From NCBI GenBank assembly GCA_041742965.1, contig JBGTNQ010000004.1, forward strand, positions 716-64,715: a stretch of 64,000 bases of DNA, given 5' to 3'. A program made the position numbers and the translations under genes. Positions 58,933-64,000 of this stretch are shown in pieces; the first letter of the stretch is position 1, and each line of letters opens with the position of its first letter. Source of the DNA: Minisyncoccia bacterium (lineage in GTDB: Bacteria; Patescibacteriota; Minisyncoccia; Phycocordibacterales; Zambryskibacteraceae). The notes under the pieces are model-generated. The model worked only from the letters and a program-made list of their open reading frames with translations. It was not told the DNA's origin and made no database searches.

Positions 58933-58995
58933 GATAATAAGATAGTTCTAAGTATAAAAATTAACGCAAACCTAATTCTCAGTAACTTATATAAA

Positions 58996-59490
58996 ATGAA
59001 CAAATTTTATATCATCCCCGGATATGGCGAAACAACTCGTCGCAAGGAATATCAACTGCTCAAAAAAATTGCCCAAAGAAAAGGTTATTCTGTAATACCG
59101 AAAAACCCAAACTGGAAACAACCTATTACAGAACAGATATTTCCTGTAGAGAGTGATGCCATACTCTTCGGTTTTTCAATGGGCGCAATCCTCGCCTACG
59201 CGATTGCACTAGAATACCCATGCAAAAAAATAATTCTTGCTTCTATGACACCTTCAGATTTCTTTTCAAGTCCACTTCTTAAACAAGCTCTGGGAAGCAA
59301 AATGGTAAAAGATTTAAAAAAAATTGATTTTAAAAAGAAAAAGTCCAAAACCAAACTTATCCGACTCTATGGAGAAAAAGAGGTAAAAGATTTCCCCATT
59401 GGCATCTCTTTCAAAGTTGATTATCTAATCCCCAACTCACACCACGAATTAACAAAAGAATACCTAAAAGAAGTGGGGAAACAGCTATAA
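58996..59490 (+). CDS. Small alpha/beta-hydrolase-like protein
   Basis: GFSMG nucleophile-elbow (GxSxG). AT-rich native composition. Start moved to MNKFYII; the upstream part of the tracked ORF overlaps DUF397 in another frame. Confidence 0.45.
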   Translation: MNKFYIIPGYGETTRRKEYQLLKKIAQRKGYSVIPKNPNWKQPITEQIFPVESDAILFGFSMGAILAYAIALEYPCKKIILASMTPSDFFSSPLLKQALGSKMVKDLKKIDFKKKKSKTKLIRLYGEKEVKDFPIGISFKVDYLIPNSHHELTKEYLKEVGKQL

Positions 59491-59691
59491 AAACCGCACA
59501 AACTATAATCACCCTACGCCCTATATATAAGAGTGATCGTGTATGGGGTTGACATAAAATCTGTATTTGCTATAATTAAGGAGTGAGTGTATTAGTTCGC
59601 CCAAAAGGCGGACTCGTTTTTTTAGAGAAATGTAAGAAGTAAAACGACTATACATTTCCTAACCCCGTGAAATAACTTTTAAATCTTCCCT

Positions 59692-59958
59692 ATGTTCTAT
59701 ACGTATGTACTTCGATCTAAAAAAGATTCAAAGTTGTACATTGGTTGCACAAAAGATTTAAAAGTTAGATTTGAGGAACATAACGCTGGGTATTCTTCAG
59801 CAACAAGTAAAAGAGGTCCGTTTCAACTTGTTTATTACGAAGCTTGTTGTGACAAGAAAGACGCGTTGCGACGGGAGAGATATCTGAAAACTACCTATGG
59901 TGGAAGATATCTCAAAAATCGCCTCAAATCTTATTTCACAGGGTACTCAATTTTATAA
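59692..59958 (+). CDS. GIY-YIG nuclease family small protein
   Basis: YTYVLRS...LYIGCT (GIY-YIG), R and E catalytic residues. 88 aa. Confidence 0.65.
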   Translation: MFYTYVLRSKKDSKLYIGCTKDLKVRFEEHNAGYSSATSKRGPFQLVYYEACCDKKDALRRERYLKTTYGGRYLKNRLKSYFTGYSIL

Positions 59959-59984
59959 TTCATTATCATTCATTAAAAATTGGT

Positions 59985-61217
59985 ATGTTTGACCTAAAAG
60001 TAATAAATTCCGTTCTTGACCAGATGGAACAAGAGCGAGGAATACCAAAAGAAAAAATTATAGAGGCCATAGAGATGGCCCTAGCAACTGCATATAAGAA
60101 AGAATACGGTAAACGCGGACAAATAGTGCGTGCCAAATTTGATATAAATACCGGAAAAACTGAATTTTATCAGGTGAAGATTGTGGTTGATGATTCACGA
60201 GTTATCATCACAGAAAATGATGATGACTTTGTGCGTGAAGAAGGAGACGAGAGAATTTTCTTCAACTCCGAACATCATATTCTCATAGAAGACGCTCAAA
60301 AAATAAAGCGTGATGCTGAACTGGATGAAGAAGTTGTATTCCCATTAGAAAACAAGAGCGACTTCGGACGCATTGCATCACAAACCGCGAAGCAAGTCAT
60401 AATGCAAAAAATCCGTGAAGCAGAAAAAGATTCAGTGATGGGAGAATTCGGAAGTCGAGAGGGAGACATTGTCACTGGAACAGTACAGAGAGTGGAAAGA
60501 GGAAATATTTTTGTAGATATGGGCAGAGCAACCGGCCTTCTGCCATACGAAGAACAAATACCTGGAGAAAGATTTGCCCAAGGAGAAAGAGTGCGCGCAT
60601 ACTTATATCGCGTAGAAGAAACTCCAAAAGGAATATTCCTCCGTCTCTCTCGTTCTCATCCAAAGTTTTTGGAAAAACTATTTATGCAAGAAGCTCCAGA
60701 AGTTGCTAATGGAATGGTGGAAATAAAAGCTGTCGCCCGTGAAGCGGGAAACAGAAGTAAGGTCGCTGTATTTTCAAAAGACGAGCACATTGACCCAGTG
60801 GGTTCTATGGTAGGACAGCGTGGTGTCAGGGTCTCTACGGTAACGAGTGAGCTCGGCGGAGAAAAGATAGACATAATAGAGTGGTCATCTGACTCAAAAA
60901 AGTTTATTGAAGACGCACTCTCTCCGGCAAAAGTTCTCTCTGTAGAGATTGACGAAGAAAACAAACAAGCACATATAAAAGTGTCTGAAGATCAACAGTC
61001 TCTAGCTATCGGTCGCGGAGGACAAAATGTCCGGCTGGCAGCAAAACTTACCGGTTGGAAAATAGACATTCAGTCTGTTGGCGGAGAAAACCTAGCAGAG
61101 GCCGAGGCTCTACCAGACGAAGTGAAACCTGAAGAAAAACCAATTGAAAAAGTTTCAGAAGAAACTGAAGCCATATCTGACGCGATCTCTACCCCAGACG
61201 AATCATCAGAAAAATAA
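59985..61217 (+). CDS. nusA: Transcription termination/antitermination factor NusA
   Basis: N-terminal domain, S1 domain, tandem KH domains (GRGGQNVRLAAKLTGWKIDI). Confidence 0.88.
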   Translation: MFDLKVINSVLDQMEQERGIPKEKIIEAIEMALATAYKKEYGKRGQIVRAKFDINTGKTEFYQVKIVVDDSRVIITENDDDFVREEGDERIFFNSEHHILIEDAQKIKRDAELDEEVVFPLENKSDFGRIASQTAKQVIMQKIREAEKDSVMGEFGSREGDIVTGTVQRVERGNIFVDMGRATGLLPYEEQIPGERFAQGERVRAYLYRVEETPKGIFLRLSRSHPKFLEKLFMQEAPEVANGMVEIKAVAREAGNRSKVAVFSKDEHIDPVGSMVGQRGVRVSTVTSELGGEKIDIIEWSSDSKKFIEDALSPAKVLSVEIDEENKQAHIKVSEDQQSLAIGRGGQNVRLAAKLTGWKIDIQSVGGENLAEAEALPDEVKPEEKPIEKVSEETEAISDAISTPDESSEK

Positions 61218-61352
61218 AAGCGGTATTAATCCTTATATTAGCTCCTCGGCTCGGAAATGAAAAAATTAGAATTTTCCCATCCCTCTCGCTCTACGTCGCT
61301 AATAAAACTCCAAAGTGCTCGTGCTTAATTAATAATTAACTTCTAAAACAGA

Positions 61353-61877
61353 ATGAATTTGTGGCATGGAATAGAACCCGGAACAATTGATGCGATAAAT
61401 GTTGTCGTAGAAATCAACAAGGGTTCAAAAAATAAATACGAGATTGATAAAAAAACAGGACTCATAGCACTGGATAGGGTTATGCATTCTACCCAAGACT
61501 ATCCGTTTGACTATGGATTCATCCCACAAACACTTTGGAAGGATGAAGATCCAATAGATGTAGTCATACTTTCAACATATCCTTTTGTACCTGGAGTGTT
61601 GGTGAAGGTTCGCCCTGTAGCAATTATGGATATGGTAGACGCAGGAATGCACGATGACAAGGTTATCGCCGTGCCGGTAGAGGACCCTCGCTGGGACCAT
61701 GTGGTGAACTTGGATAATATAAATAAACACACCCTGAAAGAAATAGAACATTTTTTTAGCACATATAAGAAACTGCAAAACAAAGATGTTCTGATTGCCG
61801 GATTTAAAGGGAGAAAAGAGGCGGAAAAGTGTTTCATAGAGGGCCAGAAATTATATAAGGAAAAATACGGGAAGTAG
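61353..61877 (+). CDS. ppa: Inorganic pyrophosphatase (family I)
   Basis: EINKGSKNKYE ... DYGFIPQT ... DPIDVVIL. Confidence 0.85.
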   Translation: MNLWHGIEPGTIDAINVVVEINKGSKNKYEIDKKTGLIALDRVMHSTQDYPFDYGFIPQTLWKDEDPIDVVILSTYPFVPGVLVKVRPVAIMDMVDAGMHDDKVIAVPVEDPRWDHVVNLDNINKHTLKEIEHFFSTYKKLQNKDVLIAGFKGRKEAEKCFIEGQKLYKEKYGK

Positions 61878-61880
61878 AAA

Positions 61881-61917
61881 AACACCCCCTCCGCCTAGGC
61901 GGAGGGGGTGTTTTTTA
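61881..61917 (+). terminator. Rho-independent terminator
   Basis: caccccctccgcc-ta-ggcggagggggtg then TTTTTT. Confidence 0.65.
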
Positions 61918-62010
61918 TAGTAGAATAAATACAGATGTAATAAGAATACACCTTATTCGTCTCAAAAAATGTGCTCGGTTTATAAATTAAATAATCAATA
62001 AAATATAGTT

Positions 62011-62634
62011 ATGAAAATCACTACTGGAATATTGTCACTTTTGTTTGTCTTTGGCCTCGCGCAGAATACTTTTGCTCAAGAAACATCTGTAGATGTTAAT
62101 GCTGAAGTTAGAGCAAATATAGGTCTTGAGGAAAGAAACCCCGAGAGACAGGAACAAATAGAAGAGAGACGAGACCAAATGCAGGAAAATAGAGAAACTA
62201 TGCAGGAAAGACGAAGTGAGAGCGCGTCTGCGCGGATGGAAAATATGAAAATACGAATCAGTGCCCACGCAGAGTGGATGGTGAAACGTCTAAACGCAGC
62301 TGTAGAGCGACTTGAATTACTAACTGCCCGTATTGAATCTAGAATAGATAAAATAGAAGAAGATGGAGGAGACACCACAGAAGCAGCTAGCTTTGTGACA
62401 AAGGCTAAAGTAAGTATTGAATCAGCCAAAGATGGAATAGCTGATATTGGCGGGGCTATAGAGTTGGCGCTCTCAAAAGATGAGCTTCGTGGCGCCTTCA
62501 CAGACCTTCGTACCCTTATTCAATCTATAAGTTCTGACCTCAGAGATGCCCATAGAGCACTAATACAAGCAGTGACAAACCTTAAGGGTCTTAGAATTGG
62601 GGTATCCACAAATACTGAAGTTGAGGTAGAATAA
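62011..62634 (+). CDS. Secreted coiled-coil protein (signal peptide, Glu/Arg-rich helices)
   Basis: 207 aa. Signal peptide ending AQE. No family recognised. Confidence 0.4.
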   Translation: MKITTGILSLLFVFGLAQNTFAQETSVDVNAEVRANIGLEERNPERQEQIEERRDQMQENRETMQERRSESASARMENMKIRISAHAEWMVKRLNAAVERLELLTARIESRIDKIEEDGGDTTEAASFVTKAKVSIESAKDGIADIGGAIELALSKDELRGAFTDLRTLIQSISSDLRDAHRALIQAVTNLKGLRIGVSTNTEVEVE

Positions 62635-62662
62635 GGTAACTAATAATTAATCTAAAGAATAT

Positions 62663-63007
62663 ATGGAACCAACAGGAGAACAAAACGCGGTGTCACCAGC
62701 TCCACAAAATGACAAGTCTGCTGGACCAGCTATAGGAATAATCATTATAATCCTCGTAGTGATGTTGGGTGGCCTGTACTTCTGGAGTCAAAAAACAGAG
62801 GTCAAAAGAATGAATGAAATAGAAAACGCCCAAATACAGGAAGAATCTATGAGAGCGCAAGCTGAATTGGAAATGTTGCAAACACAAGGTTCTGGAGATG
62901 ATCTAGATTCAATTGAGGCAGATCTAAATAATACAGACTTTTCAAACCTCGGTTCTGAAATAGATAACATTGAAGCGGAAAGCTCAGGAGAAGCTCAGCT
63001 GGAATAG
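62663..63007 (+). CDS. Hypothetical single-TM acidic protein
   Basis: 114 aa. No family recognised. Confidence 0.35.
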   Translation: MEPTGEQNAVSPAPQNDKSAGPAIGIIIIILVVMLGGLYFWSQKTEVKRMNEIENAQIQEESMRAQAELEMLQTQGSGDDLDSIEADLNNTDFSNLGSEIDNIEAESSGEAQLE

Positions 63008-63040
63008 AGAAAATATAGAAACGATAAAAGAATTTAATTC

Positions 63041-63086
63041 AAAGGCAACCCCTCCGCTCACGGGCGGAGGGGTTGCCTTTTGTTTC
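63041..63086 (+). terminator. Rho-independent terminator
   Basis: aaggcaacccctccgc-tcac-gggcggaggggttgcctt then TTGTTT. Confidence 0.6.
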
Positions 63087-63128
63087 ACCTTTCTTTAGAC
63101 TGGTGAAATTACACCTAAACTCAAAAAA

Positions 63129-64000
63129 ATGAAAAAATATTTCTCCCTCTCCAAAACAGAGAAGCTTCCCGATTCTCAAATCTTACTTGAAGGAGAGATA
63201 GAATATGAGCTTCTTTCAAAATACAGAAGCGAGGTGATAAAAGAGCTAGGTAAAAATGCTGAACTACCCGGATTTCGCAAGGGCCATGTTCCAGAAAATA
63301 TTCTCGTAGAAAGAATGGGTGAAATGCACATACTAGGAGAGGCTAGTGAAAAAGCCCTAAACGAAGTCTATCCGAAAATTATTGAGGGTGAAAAACTTTT
63401 CGTCATCGGTAACCCAGAAGTTAAAATAACCAAACTTGCACCAAATAATCCAATGGGTTTTTCCATCACAGTATCAGTAATTCCAGAATTAAAACTTCCA
63501 TCATACAAAAAAATTGCAGGTGGAGTAAGCCCCGAAAAAGTCTCCCCTGTTACAGAAAAAGAAATAGATGATGTGATAACAGAAATCAGAAAAAATTATG
63601 CGCACATGGAAATGCATAAAAACAATGATTCAAATAATCACACTCGCGGAGAAATAACGGAAAAAGATTTGCCGGAAGTAAACGATGAATTTGTAAAAAA
63701 GATTGGACCATTCACTGATGTAAAAAACTTTCGTGAAAAGGTAGAAGAAAATCTGACAAAAGAAAAACAAGTCCGCGGAAGAGAGAAAAGACGCACAGAA
63801 ATCCTCGAAGGAATAATGAAAGAGACAGAAGTGGTGGTGCCGAAAATTCTCATAGAAAATGAATTGCAAAAAATGCTTGCTCAATTTCAAGACGATGTAT
63901 CCAGAGCTGGTGCATCATTTGAAGAATATTTAAAACAAGTAAATAAAACTGAAGAAGATATCAAAAAGGACTGGACAGAAACTGCTACCAAAAAAGCAAA
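63129..64000 (+). CDS. tig: Trigger factor, 3' end truncated by the window
   Basis: MKKYFSLSKTEKL...LPGFRKGHVP signature. ORF runs off the window end, so it is absent from the ORF track. Confidence 0.7.
   Translation, partial: MKKYFSLSKTEKLPDSQILLEGEIEYELLSKYRSEVIKELGKNAELPGFRKGHVPENILVERMGEMHILGEASEKALNEVYPKIIEGEKLFVIGNPEVKITKLAPNNPMGFSITVSVIPELKLPSYKKIAGGVSPEKVSPVTEKEIDDVITEIRKNYAHMEMHKNNDSNNHTRGEITEKDLPEVNDEFVKKIGPFTDVKNFREKVEENLTKEKQVRGREKRRTEILEGIMKETEVVVPKILIENELQKMLAQFQDDVSRAGASFEEYLKQVNKTEEDIKKDWTETATKKA

Noticed and set aside
8840-58990. Interpreting the GC-rich cassettes as integron gene cassettes with attC sites
   Set aside because: Cassettes are dispersed singly rather than arrayed, and no intI is present. 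Their 3' hairpins are plain GC stem plus T-run terminators without R''/L''-L'/R' core sites.
1-64000. Alternative genetic code (UGA recoding, as in some Patescibacteria lineages)
   Set aside because: All ribosomal, tuf, fusA, secY and other conserved genes give full-length products with standard stops. There is no evidence of in-frame UGA read-through.

Overview
This window is AT-rich (about 37-40% GC) and gene-dense, with the content and organisation typical of a small-genome Patescibacteria/CPR-like bacterium.

Main annotated content:
- Minus-strand ribosomal region: rpsL-rpsG-fusA-tuf (str operon), then rpsJ-rplC-rplD-rplW-rplB ... rpsS-rplV-rpsC-rplP-rpmC-rpsQ-rplN-rplX-rplE-rpsZ-rpsH-rplF-rplR-rpsE-rplO-secY-adk-map. 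rpmD (L30) is absent between rpsE and rplO.
- Plus-strand infC-rpmI-rplT.
- smpB followed directly by a tmRNA (ssrA) gene.
- recG, ftsH, recJ, rnhA, ndk, pgk-tpiA, nusA, ppa, and tig (truncated at the window end).
- A type IV pilus cluster (pilB, pilC, three pilin-like genes, a large pilus-associated protein) next to a 1211-aa PA14/FN3 surface protein.
- ComEC encoded as two separate genes (membrane domain and MBL domain).
- One complete tRNA-Ile with the unusual anticodon UAU, and a partial class II tRNA at the window start.

Most notable observations:
1. At least six short cassettes have about 50% GC in a roughly 38% GC genome. Each has a strong Shine-Dalgarno sequence and an intrinsic terminator, whereas the native genes checked lack SD motifs. 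One of them carries an actinobacterial-type DUF397/BldB-like gene next to a lipoprotein metzincin.
2. One such cassette, about 840 bp, sits between rplB and rpsS inside the S10 operon. rpsS is re-initiated from its own sigma70-like promoter.
3. Both tRNAs are followed by direct repeats of their 3' portions (from the T-loop or the anticodon loop to the 3' end), consistent with att-site scars of integrative elements. One copy carries compensatory T-stem changes.

No CRISPR array, rRNA gene or transposase was found.
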